From the human T2T-CHM13v2.0 reference genome, Homo sapiens, in the NCBI RefSeq assembly GCF_009914755.1, contig NC_060947.1: a stretch of DNA of 64,000 nt; one strand, written 5' to 3'. The translations under genes and the position numbers were made by a program. Of the stretch, positions 41,421-57,944 are shown piece after piece. The notes under the pieces were generated by a model, which saw nothing but the letters and a program-made list of their open reading frames with translations, did not search any database and was not told where the DNA came from. Numbering within the stretch: the stretch's first letter is position 1; each line of letters begins with the position of its first letter.

Positions 41421-42287
41421 CTATTTCCTGATGATTTAGTTACTTCAGGATATATCTAATATTTGTTATTAATACATGTGTGTAAAAAGCAAAGATCAGA
41501 TCTGGAGCTAATGTCCCATAAACTTGAAATGATTCTTAGCAAATCACTTAATTGTTTAACATTTCTGTTGTCCTTGTAATAAATCACTTGTTTGAGTAAG
41601 GGCATCTCCAAGTCATCAAAAGTCTATGTGCTTATCAATAAGAGGGAAAACAAGTTTGCATTTGTGACTTTTATAAATATGCACTTTCTAGCAAACACTT
41701 AGAGTCATGGAACTTTTTTTTAAAAAAAATATTGATGTCTAGTTGTCAACAAGGTGCTAAAATATTCTTCAAGTTAGCAGATGTTTTAATAATGAGAATG
41801 TAAAAATGAATCTCATTGATGATGGTGATAAATACTATTCTAGGCCCTTTCTGTACTGTATATTAAAAATACTATTTAGAATAGTACTTACTGGAAATAA
41901 ATAATTAATAAAAATAGGGAATCAGAAAATCTCAAATAATTAGAGTTAAATGCATTTATTTCTATTTTTTAATATGGGGTTAGATAGGATGAAAAAACTA
42001 GTGTTACACTTACGTGAAAAAAAACAGAAAATAAGATGAGACCATATTTTACATATTAACTTTTGGTTGTCACCAGCATATGACAAAGTCTTGTTGAGCA
42101 AGAATCATTGAGGCACAGAAAGAAAAAAAGAAAAATGTTGATCCACAGCTTATCCCCATCCGTTATTGGTTAGCCATTCCCATCCATATTCTCCTCTCAT
42201 GGTATACAACTGCTCACAGCAGCTAGCAACTGAAAAAATTGAAAAATTTTATCTGTAGCTCATTTCCTGTTTGGCCACTGTTAAGCC

Positions 42288-42483
42288 CAAGGGTTCTCAA
42301 ACTAGTGTATACTATAGAATTATCTGGGGACATTTTTTAAAATGTAGTTTTCTGGCCTTCACTGCTCAGATAATTTGAGTTAATATGTCTGGATCTAGTA
42401 ATTCACACATCTAATATTATTATTTTAAACTTGCTTTATATTATATGGTGAAAATATACATATGAAGACTGACGTTTGGAGAA
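42288..42483. mobile_element. MER5-type hAT DNA transposon
   Basis: caagggttctcaaact...tagaattatctgggga...tttggagaa. Confidence 0.6.
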
Positions 42484-43414
42484 TATATCTGTTATATAGT
42501 CAAGAGACTGGGAGAAATATTGAAAGCTATCTTTACATTGACCAAATACATTAATCATATAGTCACATTCCTTTGGTCTCTGCTAATATATATCACTTGG
42601 AGCTGTACTGCAGTTTCCAGCGTTTTTTAAAATATAATTTCCTTAATAGCCATCAAAGATTTAAAAAACTATACAAGTATTCAGAAATCATATTTAGATG
42701 ACTTAAAAGAAGAATTTGTTGAGTCTTCCTGAAGCATTTAGAAACACCTACTTACATGATAAATATTATCCTATTAATTCAATTGATCTCCCTAAGGACT
42801 TCTCATGGGCAATGCATTTTCAAAGTATAGTTTAAATAACTATGTACTTGAAAGTAATACAACTAAATTTTTAAAAATATCTATTTTAGTCTTAGGTTTC
42901 CTGCCGTTCAATCTGGCCTTATCCTGTATTCCTTGGAATAAGTAAGGCTAGGCTTTTCAAATCTTATCTTCCTAGTCACACCACATTGAAAATTTTAAAC
43001 AGTGGAGATGACCTGGCTGCAGTATTTTCAATGCATCTCTGTTCCATAGACACTTGTTGTCCAGTCAAACTAGCCTAAGTGAAAAACATAAATTATGCCA
43101 CTTTTGGGTCTCAACTCACTGGCTGTGAGCATGGAAAGAGGCCATATTATAATTTTTAACCCAAAGTTATGGTATGATGCTTCTCTAAGTTTTTTTTTTT
43201 TTCCTAGCAGAACATATAGAAGAAATATATAACCTTAAAGAAAATAAAACTTTTAGACTATATTTATATATACCTTCATTGGCCAACTGGTTAACTGATA
43301 TTATCCTTTTTAGAGCGCTAATTCCTCAGTCACATTGCACAAAGTCTAATGGCTCCTTCTTGGGTCCTTCCTCAATTCAGAACCGTCAATCAAAGATATA
43401 TATTGAGCTTACTA

Positions 43415-43600
<186 letters not shown>

Positions 43601-43620
43601 CTATTTGTTTGTATCCTCTT

Positions 43621-46347
<2,727 letters not shown>

Positions 46348-47308
46348 TCAAACTATGTGGTCAATTTTGGAATAGGTTTGGTATGGTGCTGAAAAGAATG
46401 TATATTCTGTTGATTTGGGGTGGAGAGTTCTATAGATGTCTATTAGGTCAGCTTGGTGCAGAGCTGAGTTCAATTCCTGGATATCCTTTTAACTTTCTGT
46501 CTTGTTGATCTGTTTAATGTTGACAGTGGGGTGTTAAAGTCTCCCATTATTATTGTGTGGGAGTCTAAGTCTCTTTGTAGGTTTCTAAGGACTTGCTTTA
46601 TGAATCTGGGTGCTCCTGTATTGGGTGCATAGATATTTAGGATAGATAGCTCTCCTTGTTGAATTGATCCCTTTACCATTATGTAATGGCCTTCTTTTTC
46701 TCTTTTGATCTTTGTTGGTTTAACTCTGTTTTATCAGAGTCTAGGATTGCAACCCCTGCCTTTTTTTTGTTTCCAATTGCTTGGTAGATCTTCCTCCATC
46801 CCTTTATTTTGAGCCTATGTGTGTCTTTGCACGTGAGATGGGTTTCCTGAATACAGCACACTGATGGATTTTGACTCTTTATCCAATTTGCCTTTCTGTG
46901 TCTTTTAATTGGAGCATTTAACCCACTTACATTTAAGGTTAATATTGTTATGTGTGGATTTGATCCTGTCATTATGATGTTAGCTGGTTATTTTGCTCGT
47001 TAGTTGATGCAGTTTCTTCCTAGCCTCAGTGGTCTTTACAATTTGGCATGTTTTTGCAGTGGCTGGTACCGGTTGTTCCTTTCCATGTTTAGTGCTTCCT
47101 TCAGGAGCTCCTTTAGGGCAGGCCTGGTGGTGACAGAATCTCTCAGGATTTGCTTGTCTGTAAAGAATTTTATTTCTCCTTCACTTACGAATCTTAGTTT
47201 GGCTGGATATGAAATTCTGGGATGAAAATTCTTTTCTTTAAGAATGTTGAGTATTGACCCCCACTTTATTCTGGCTTGTAGAGTTTCTGCTGAGAGATCA
47301 GCTGTTAG

Positions 47309-47422
<114 letters not shown>

Positions 47423-48934
47423 TGAAACAGAACAGAGGCCTCAGAAATAGTGCCGCATATCTACAACTGTCTGATCTTTGACAAACCTGACAAAAACAGG
47501 AAATGGGGAAAGGATTCCCTATTTAATAAATTGCACTGGGAAAACTGGCTAGCCATATGTAGAAAGCTGAAACTGGATCACTTCCTTACACCTTATACAA
47601 AAATTAATTCAAGGTGGGTTATGGATTTAAATGTTAGACATAAAACCATAAAAACCCTAGAAGAAAACCTAGGCAATACCATTCAGGACATAGGCATGAG
47701 CAAGGACTTCATGTCTAAAACACCAAAAGCAATGGCAACAAAAGCCAAAATTGACAAATGGGATCTAATTAAACTAAACAGCTTCTGCACGGCAAAAGAA
47801 GCTACCATCAGAGTGAACAGGCAACCGACAAAATGGGAGAAAATTTTTGCAGTCTACTCATCTGATAAAGGGCTAATATCCAGAATCTACACCCAAACAA
47901 ATTTACAAGAAAAAAACAAACAACCCCATCAAAAAGTAGGCAAAGGATATGAACAGACACTTCTCAAAAGAAGACATTTATGCAGCCAACAGACACATGA
48001 AAAAATGCTCATCATCACTGGCCGTCAGAGAAATGCAAATCAAAACCACAAGTGAGATACCATCTCACAACAGTTAAATGGCGATCATTAAAAAGTCAAG
48101 AAACAACAGGTGCTGGAGAGGATTTGGAGAAATAGGAACACTTTTACACTGTTGGTGGGACTGTAAACTAGTTCATCCATTGTGGAAGTCAGTGTGGCGA
48201 TTCCCCAGGGATCTAGAACTAGAAATACCATTTGACCCAGCCATCCCATTACTGGTTATATACCTAAAGGATTATAAATCATGCTGCTATAAAGACACAT
48301 GCACATGTATGTTTACTGCGGCACTATTCACAATAGCAAAGACTTGGAACCAACCCAAATGTCCAACAATGATAGACTAGATTAAGAAAATGTGGCACAT
48401 ATACACCATGGAATACTATGTAGCCATAAAAAATGATGAGTTCGTGTCCTTTTTAAGGACATGGATGAAGCTGGAAACCATCATTCTCAGTAAATTATAA
48501 CAAGGACAAAAAACCAAACACTGCATATTCTCACTCATAGGTGGGAATTGAACAATGAGAACACATGGACACAGGAAGGGGAACATCACACAACAGGGCC
48601 TGTTGTGGGGTGGGGTGAGGGGGGAAGGATAGCATTAGGAGATATACCTAATGTTAAATGTTGAGTTAGTGGGTGCAGCACACCAACATGACACATGTAT
48701 ATATATGTAACAAACCTGCACGTTGTGCACATGTACCCTAAAACTTAAAGTATAATAAAAAAAGAAAAAAATTTTGATAGTTAAAATATTTTATTATGAA
48801 AACTCGAACATACACCATAATAAAGAAAACAGCATAATGATCATACACCTACACACCATCAAACTTCAAAAGTATCAACATTCTTACACTCTTTTTTTTT
48901 TTAACAATATAAAGTCTTGGTATTCACATTAGTC

Positions 48935-49073
48935 AATAAACCAGCAGCAATGGCATCACTTGGGAGCTTGTAAGAAATGCAGAATTTTAGCACCCCCCCC
49001 CAGAAGTAATACATAAAAATGTGCATTTCAAAAAGATCTCTACTTGTGCACATTAAAATTTGAAATGCACTGG
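48935..49073. mobile_element. MER5A-type hAT DNA transposon fragment
   Basis: accagcagcaatggcatcacttgggagcttgtaagaaatgcagaatt...tgcacattaaaatttgaaatgcactgg. Confidence 0.8.
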
Positions 49074-50364
49074 TACAAAGTAAATGCCAGAAAGCATACC
49101 TTATAAATGTGCTTCCTACTATGCAGATAACCTGTATTTCATTCTGTGTAGAATTCCATGCAAAATGAGATTTCGTTTGTAGAGTTAAAAAAATAAATAT
49201 TTTGTTTTACAGTATAATGAAGATGTGAGACTATGAAGAAATATCTGTCATATACCATCATGAAGAATTATTTTGGCGGTGTTGGTTCTTTGGAGATGAT
49301 CTACAATCTTCAGTTTGAATATACTAGTTTAGAGAGCATGAAATGTTATTATATAATGTTTTAAAGATGTGGACTTGGCTTCAAAAATAATAACTTATAC
49401 AAGAATTCAAGGGAAAACATATCAACAATGTATATTAGATATGAAAATCTCAAGATTAGAGGACAATACTTTCTCTTGTAATTTTTTGTTTGGCCTAGCC
49501 AGCAACTGATTATTTTGAAACCAACTGAATAAGATCATACTTGACTTAGAATCAAACTTAAAATCATCCATTTTTTTCCCAAGATACAGTATTTGCCTTA
49601 GGAGGCTGCTCATAACTTTTTATACAAGTGTAAGAAGTTGCCAAGGTGGAATTAAAGTTAATAACATGGCAATGTTAAGTTTTGAAGCTTCAGGCCTTCA
49701 TTTGATATATGCTTAATCATTTTAAAAAATATATTATTTTTAACAACTGACCAGAATTTTACCTAACTGATGAAATAATTGTGCACACTGAAGACACGGC
49801 TTCTCATCCTGGTTTGTCACTTTCTGCATTGCCATGGGGAAATTTCTTAACTTCACTTATTTCTTCATCATGATTATTGCTACTATATTAGTCAATATTA
49901 ATTTAATACAGAACACCAAAGAGGTTAAGAAAATTAAGTTCTTTTTCTATTTTAAAAAATTTTCTCTCTCTTCATCAAGCCGCAAATTAAATTAATGGCA
50001 ATCAATGAGTTTGGGTTTAAGATATATTAGAGTTGACACTTGATTAGGCACCATATCTATTTAACTAGCTATTTTTAGCACATGAGAATTCTTAAAATAT
50101 TATATGAAAATAATAAGAAAAATTTCAATATGAATAGAGAACATTATTAGGAGTTCTGGTACATTACTTTTTCAGGCATGCCTGTTCATTGCTATAACCC
50201 TAGAACACATGTATATGAAGGGGCAACTGCTATTTGCTCTTAGTGATCCAATAATCCAGGGATCTTATGAGCAAGCATACTTAAGAGGCTTTCACTTCCA
50301 TCAATGAGCAAAGTAATTTTTGTGTCAATACAAATAGAGTACTATTTCAGGACTCATCAGGGAG

Positions 50365-50900
50365 CAAATTTACTCAATGAAATATTTACTAAGAACATTA
50401 TATATCTGCAGTGATATACTTAACTAGGAAGGCTACAAAGAGGCTATTGGTTACAATCCAATAGCTCCAAAAGTTCCATGTTTTCCAAGAGCTTATTATT
50501 TATTTGGGGTCAAAGCATAAACACACTTCCAAGATATAAAAAAGGCAAGTATGCAGGTAATGTCATAAGGCAGTAGAATGTATATACCATGAGTATTGGT
50601 GGTAAATATTTAAAATATCAAAGGAAAGAGAGAGATAAATAATAACCAGGATGGTCATGTATAGCTTCTTGTTGGAAATGGAAGTTCAATTAAGCCCTCA
50701 ATGATTAGAAGGATTTGGGCAGCAAGTTAAAAAGTAGAGTACATGAGGAGCATAAATAAAAATGTAGAAGTAAAAAATAACTTGGCATTTTCAAGGGATG
50801 ATAGGTAGATCACCCTGACTTCCATGGAGAGCTAATGAGGAATGTAGTGGGAGAGCAGGTTGGAAGGTGGATTGGAGCCAGACTATAAAGAGCCATAAAT
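50365..50900. mobile_element. L2 fragment
   Basis: atttactcaatgaaatatttact..., taagccctcaatgattagaaggatttgggc, ggagccagactataaagagcc. Confidence 0.55.
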
Positions 50901-51166
50901 AACCAATAATAGAAAACCACAAACCTGGGGATACAATGCCTTAATGGAAAGTATTTTTCAAAGAGCTGTACAAACTTCATCAAAGCATTAAAAAAATCCA
51001 TTGTATTTGAATAATTTTACAACAAAAATAAGGACACCATTATTTACATTTTTCTACAATGAAAACACAGAAAACATACATATGAAAATGTTAGTAGTGA
51101 GGTCAGACTTCTGAGATGATAGCGCAAGAAGCTCAGAGATGATGGAGTAAGGAGCTCAGAGGACCC

Positions 51167-51531
51167 TGTTATTGTCTGGGTGTTTATGTGTCCCCAAATT
51201 CATGGATTGAGATCCTAATCCCCAAGGTAATAATAATAAGAGGTGATGCCTTTAGGACGTGATTAGGTCATGAGGGTGGAGCCCTCATGAATGAGATTAG
51301 TGCTTTTATAAAAGAAGCCCAAAAGAGACACCTCACCCTTTCAACCATGCAAGAATACAGTGAGAAGGCTCCATTTATAAAACAAGAAAATTTCCCTCAC
51401 CAGACAACAAATTTGCCGGCATCTTGATCTTGCACTTCCCAGCCTCTAGAATTGTAAGACTTAAATTTTCATGGTTTATACACTACACAGTCTATGGTAT
51501 TTTGCTATGGAAGCCCAAACAGATGAAAACA
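51167..51531 (+). mobile_element. MLT1A-type MaLR solo LTR
   Basis: gtgattaggtcatgagggtggagccctcatgaatgagattagtgc...cttcccagcctctagaattgtaag. TSD gaccc/gacac. Confidence 0.9.
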
Positions 51532-52390
51532 GACACTTTTCCTAGCAAAAGAACAATTTAACTGACCAAATTCTTTTAAAAAACACTCAAAATCTCTGAA
51601 AATAGTCCTGAGGGCAAACAATAGAGAATCATTCATGAAAGAATATCAAATCTTGGTAACAATATCATGAGTCTTTGGCATTTGAGCCACCACCCACTCG
51701 ATTATACCTCCTTCCTCAGCTCTGTGTTATGGAAACTCTACCCTGTTTTTATGCAGCCTGTAAGATGGGGACTCCTTTTTTTTCTCAGCTCCAGTCTGGT
51801 GTTATGTTTTCATTCCAGAAGGAGCAGGCTGTTTGTTTGTCTTATTCCTTTCAGCCATGAGTTATAGAAGCTTTATTCTGGGTATGCGGCAGAAACTTGT
51901 TTTCCCTACCCTACCAGGCCTCATTAACTAATAGAAGTTCTACCAAGTACAGCAGGTTGAAAATACTGGGCCCTATGAAGCTTACCGCACTATGCTAGTA
52001 GCGTAGAGTCTCCATGTTCAGGAAAGCAAGATGAGAAGACTAGGGGATGCCGCCTGTCCCCCAGAACCCACTCATAGAATGCGGGTGTCATTCAGGTCCC
52101 CTGCACCCAGCTCTAGTGCAAAGGTGTAGTGGTTTTGTCCAGGGAGAAAGGCAAGAGACACGCACAATAAGGTGAAAGTGCTCCATAAGTCTGCCTAAAA
52201 AAAAATAACTTCATAAGAAACAGAGATTGGAGAACTCCATGTCTAATATTGTCAAAAAATGTGAGATCTTTTTGGAGAACAGTTAAGAGAAGACTGGTAC
52301 CTTCATAGTACAAGCAAAATAACAAAGTAGCCAGAAGTTTAATAAGAGATAATTAGGAAAGTGCTCTCTTGAGAGTACAGTAAGTTCTAG

Positions 52391-52783
<393 letters not shown>

Positions 52784-53281
52784 AGAAAGCATTTCTTGAT
52801 ACACGCAGACACATCAACAGAGAGCTGAAACTTTACTGGCATAAGAGACTTGAATGCAAACTATGACCAAACACTGACTAGACAGTAAGCTACTCTGACC
52901 CAAGGTTGACTTCTAGGAATCCAAATTTAAAAATAATATCACAGTAATCCCCAAAAGCTTAGAAGACTGTGTACACGCTGATGATTGCACTCTCTTAGCT
53001 GTGCTCAGAGAAGGAATCTCTAAGCTGCTACTACTTGTATGAATGTGGGGGAAAATACATTAACTTCCTGAACTAACAGCCTCCAAGCCAGACACACATA
53101 TAATGGTAAACGGTAAAAATCTAATAGGCTAAGGGGACTTTATCACAACTTTTGCCCAGTAAGTGGCTTATGCTGTAACAAGAGTGACCCCTAAGTAGCC
53201 AGGTTAAGAAGAATAAAATACAAAAAAAAAAAAAAAAGAGCCAGGCTGTACACTGCAGGAAAAGTAGACTAATGAGGTTAG

Positions 53282-53284
<3 letters not shown>

Positions 53285-53324
<40 letters not shown>
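53285..53324. repeat. (CA)n microsatellite
   Basis: About 20 uninterrupted CA units. Confidence 0.97.
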
Positions 53325-53329
<5 letters not shown>

Positions 53330-53788
53330 AGCAAACAACAAAAATGACAATCCTTGGAGTGGGAATCAGAATCCAGAGTTTCAAGTTTGTTTTTACAATG
53401 TATTATCTAAAATGACTTGTTTTCAATAAAAATAACAGAATATACAAAGCAACAGGAAAGTGTAACCCAATCACAGAAAAAAAAAAAAAAGAACAGGTGA
53501 CAGAAACTAACTTTGAAGGTGTTCAGGTAGTAAACTCAGCAGACAATGAATTCAAATTAGTTATTATAAATATATTTAAAGAACTGAAGTAAATCATGCT
53601 TAAATAAGTAGAGAAATGTGGATGATAATGTCTTATCAAATAGAGAATACCAACAGAAAGATATTAATTATCTTTGAAAATAGAAATTCTGGAGTTAAAT
53701 TTCAATAGCCAAAATAAAAAAAAATTCACTACAGGACTCAATAGTAGATTTGATAAGTCAGAAGAAACAATCAAGAAAATTGAAGGTT

Positions 53789-55375
53789 GGGCTGTTGTGT
53801 AGAGTTGCATTGACCGGCCTGGATGCAGGGCTGTGCACCACCCACCCCAATGCCAGCTGCAGCTTTATCTCAGACTCTGGCTCCCACCTGGCATCTGGCA
53901 TTCCAGACTAAGTGGACTTACACATGCACTTCTCACAGTCCTTGCTGTCCATAAAGCAGTTTCTGGACTGCGTATATGTGAGTGCTAGTGAAAAGGCATC
54001 ATTTGTGCTTCTCCAGTAATACTTGCCTATTAAATTAGCAAATATAATAAAAAGAATAAGTCTTCTTTCACATAATCTTCTCAGGACATCATCAATTCAA
54101 TTGGTACAAAGCTTGTATATACAGAGTCTTCAGGAGCATCTTGATTTTTAAGGACAAAAGCACTATGAGATGCTAAAACGATTCATTACTTTACAGATAA
54201 CTGTGATATGGATCAGGAACTGACACAAAGACATCCTTTCTAAAATGGCCCAGAATGTGATTGAATAAGAAAGCTTTGGAGTAGATTCTGTCACCAGAGT
54301 GCTCAGTACTTTTTGAATCATTTTTACATGAGTTGCCTTTCAACTAGAATGTTACTCTATCTGCACTCTTTATTGTTTGGTGAAAAAGATGAAGTCTATC
54401 TCCTGAAAAACATATTGCAATCATAAATGCAAACTGCAGTGTAGACAAAATTATTAAATATGGCTATGAAAATGCCGCACATCTGTGTGATTTGTATTAT
54501 ATTGATTCTTCCAAATTCAAACATGAAGAAGTAAATGTAAAGCCATGAGGACAACCAATATAAGTGGGTTATATACCATCGTATCTCTTTCACCTGGTGT
54601 TTGAATTTTTCAAGAATGCAATGAGAACAACTATGGGCCATCATGTCAATGAAGTGTTTATCTCCCTATTCAAGTTTCTGTCACACTGGGTAATAAAGAT
54701 TTGACTGTAAAATGAGTGACTGAGGAGGTAGTGTTCCTTTGAGGAAAACTGACAGACTCTTCATCTACATGTGTTCAACTGCACCACATCCTGGTGCTGA
54801 GATTTTCTGAGCTCTGGCTAGGTTTGGTTACAGATTGCCCATATCATGTCTTTATGCACAGTACTACCAAGGAGATCTAATGCTATATTCCTGGAGGGTT
54901 ACGAAACAGACACCGCTATCTACATTAAAGCATTGCCAACAGAATCAATAGAAAGACTCCAAGTGTATAATAAAACTGCCTGGAAATATTACTACACTTT
55001 GAGGCTGATGACTGATGTGTTCCCAGCAGGGACCCAAAATACATGACAATTTTATACAGTTCTTAGATACACTTGGGATACCTGGACAATTCAAATGTGG
55101 TTACATTTGAAAGTGATGATGTCTAAAACTACATTACTCTGAATACTCCTTGTATTTTTTTTTACAATTAACTCTTTGGGTAGAATAAATGAAAATTAAA
55201 TTCCATTTTTGCCTGTTAAATATCTTAAAGAATGAAACTGTACCTATTTTCACTATTTTTTTTCATAGTTAATTGAACATATTTTTAAACACCCATAGTT
55301 TTGATCAACTTTTCTCTTTATGGTAGACTTTAGAAGCATGGGAGTTTTTGAATTTCTACATAAAGCAGTGTAGTT
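53789..55375 (+). pseudogene. PDK1: Processed pseudogene of pyruvate dehydrogenase kinase 1 (symbol is the parent gene)
   Basis: Intronless and collinear with recalled PDK1 protein: [69 protein letters not shown]. Native stop TAG at 55064-55066, then presumed 3' UTR. Premature stops at 54017 (TAA) and 54721 (TGA) plus frameshifts. Confidence 0.93.
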
Positions 55376-55377
55376 TT

Positions 55378-55558
55378 TGGATATATATCCAAGAGACTAA
55401 AATCAATATGTTGAAGGCATATCTGCACTCCCATGTTGACTGCAGCATTACTCACAATAGTCAAGATATGAAATCAATCTAGTTGATGAGGGAATACAAA
55501 ATGTGGTACATATATATACATATATATGTGTATATATATATATATATACATATATGTG

Positions 55559-55598
<40 letters not shown>

Positions 55599-57940
55599 AT
55601 GGAATTCTATTTTACCTTAACAATAATAAAGCTTATCATTTGAAACAACATGGATGAATCTGTAGGACATTATACTAAGCAAAATAAGTCAGGCACAGAA
55701 AGACAAATACCACACAGTCTCACTTACATGTGAAATCTAAAAATGTTGAACTCATAGAAGCAAAGAATAGAGTGACGGTTATCAGAAGCTTATCTGGGTG
55801 GGGTGTGTGGGAGGGAGGGAGTGAGGAGTTGTTGATCAAAGTTTTCAGGAATAGATTTTGAAATATATCACACATCAGGTTGACTATAATCAATAGTAAT
55901 GCATTGTAAACTTTAAAATAACTGAGATGGGTTTTTCGTGTCTCTGTCTCCTTCAGTTCTGCTCTGATCTTAGTTATTTCTTGTCTTCTGCTAGCTTTTG
56001 CATTTGTTTGCTGTTGCTTCTCTAGTTCTTTCAATTTTGATGTTAGGGTGTCAATTTTAGATCTTTTCTGCTTTCTCTTGTGGCCATTTAGTGCTATAAA
56101 TTTCCCTCTACACACTGCTTTAAATGTGTCCCAGAGATTCTGGTACATTGTGTCTTTGTTCTCATTGAGTTCAAAGAACATCTTTATTTCTGCCTTCATT
56201 TTGTTATTTACCCAGTAGTCATTCAGGAGCAGATTTTTCAGTTTCCACGTAGTCCTGCAGTTTTTAGTGAGTTTCTTAATCCTGAGTTCTAATTTGATTG
56301 CACTGTGGTCTGAAAGACTGTTTCTTATGATTTCCATTCTTTTACATTTGGTGAGGAGTGTTTTACTTCCAATTATGTGGTCAATTTTAGAATAAGTGCA
56401 CTGAGGTGCTGAGAAGAATGCCTCAGAAATAACACCACACATCTACAACCATCTGATCTTTGACAAACCAGACACAAACAAACAACTGGGAAAAGATGCC
56501 CTCTTTAATAAATTGTGTTGGGAAAACTGGCTAGCCATATGCAGAAAACTGAAACTGGACCCCTTCCTTACACCTTATATGAAAATCAACTCGAGATGGA
56601 TTAAAGATTTAAACGTTAGACCCCAAACCATAAAAACCCCAGAAGAAAACCTGGGCAATACCGTTCAGGACATAGGCATGGGCAAAGACTTCATGTCTAA
56701 AACACAATAAGTAATGGCAACAAAAGCCAAAATTGACAAATGGGATCTAATTAAACTAAAGAGCTTCTGCACAACAAAAGAAACTATCATCAGAGTGAAC
56801 AGGCAACCTACAGAATGGGAGAAACTGTTTGCAACCTATCCATCTGACAAAGAACTAATATCCAGAATCTACAAACAAACAAATTTACAAGAAAAAAGCA
56901 AACAACCCCATCAAAAAGTGGGCAAAGGACATGAATAGACATTTCTCAAAAGAAGACATTTATGCAGCCAACAAACATAAAAAAATGCTCATCATCGCTG
57001 GTCATTAGGGAAATGCAAAGCAAAACCACAATGAGATACAATCTCACGCCAGCTAGAATGGCGATCATTAAAAGTTCAGGAAACAACAGATGCTGGAGAG
57101 GATGTGGAGAAATAGGAACACTTTTACACTGTTGGTGGAAGTGTAAATTAGTTCAACCATTGTGGAAGATAGTGTGGCTATTTCTCAGGGATCTAGAGCT
57201 AGAAATACCATTTGACCCAGCAATCCCATTACTGGGTATATACCCAAAGGATTATAAATCATTCTACTATAAAGACGCATGCACACGTATGTTTATTGCA
57301 GCACTATTCACAATAGCAAAGACTTGGAACCAACCCAAATATCCATCAATGATAGACTGGATAAAAAAAATTTTGCACATATACACCATGGAATACTATG
57401 CAGCTATAAGAAAGGATGAGTTCATGTCCTTTGCAGGGACATGGATGAAGCTGGGAGCCATCATTCTCAGCAAACTATCACAAGGACAGAAAACCAAACA
57501 CTGCATGTTCTCACTCATAAGTGGGAGTTGAACATGGAGAACACATGGACACAGGGAGGGGAACATCACACACCAGGTCCTGTTGGGGGCTGGGGGCTAG
57601 GGGAGGGATAACGTTAGGAGAAATATCTAATGTAGGTGATGGTTTGATGGGTGCAGCAAACCACCATGGCACTTGTTTATCTATGTAACAAAACTGCACG
57701 TTCTGCACATGTACTCCAGGACTTAAAGTATAATAAAAATAAATAAATAAATAATATACAAAAAACAAAAAATAAAATAACTAAGAGAGTGAATTTCAAA
57801 TGTCTCATAACAAAAAATAAGTGAATCGATGGATATGTTACCTAGCTTGGTTCAACCATTCCACATTGTATGTATATATAAAAACATCTTATTGTACTTC
57901 ATAAACTTATACAGTTATGTCTAAATTAAAAATAGTATTA
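55378..57940 (+). mobile_element. L1MA 3' UTR split by a younger L1PA; contains (TA)n(CA)n at ~55510-55598
   Basis: Segments 55378-55927 and 57773-57940 are collinear across the TSD. Confidence 0.85.
55928..57772 (+). mobile_element. L1PA (about PA7) with 5' inversion
   Basis: Inverted ORF2 piece on - (55928-56420), direct 3' part (56420-57772) and A-rich tail. TSD taaaataact(g/a)aga at 55914-55927 and 57773-57786. Confidence 0.95.
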
Positions 57941-57944
57941 ATTT

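Noticed and set aside
49200-49230. Possible 12-nt microexon (ttttacAG tataatgaagat GTgaga)
   Set aside because: Weak donor and no host gene in the window; expected by chance.
54846-55046. 66-aa ORF with clear PDK1 C-terminal similarity
   Set aside because: Short residual frame of the pseudogene, frameshifted at both ends.
55720-57531. Long ORFs of 240 and 189 aa (also 201 aa at 47450)
   Set aside because: L1 ORF2 fragments in truncated, inverted elements that cannot encode a functional ORF2p.
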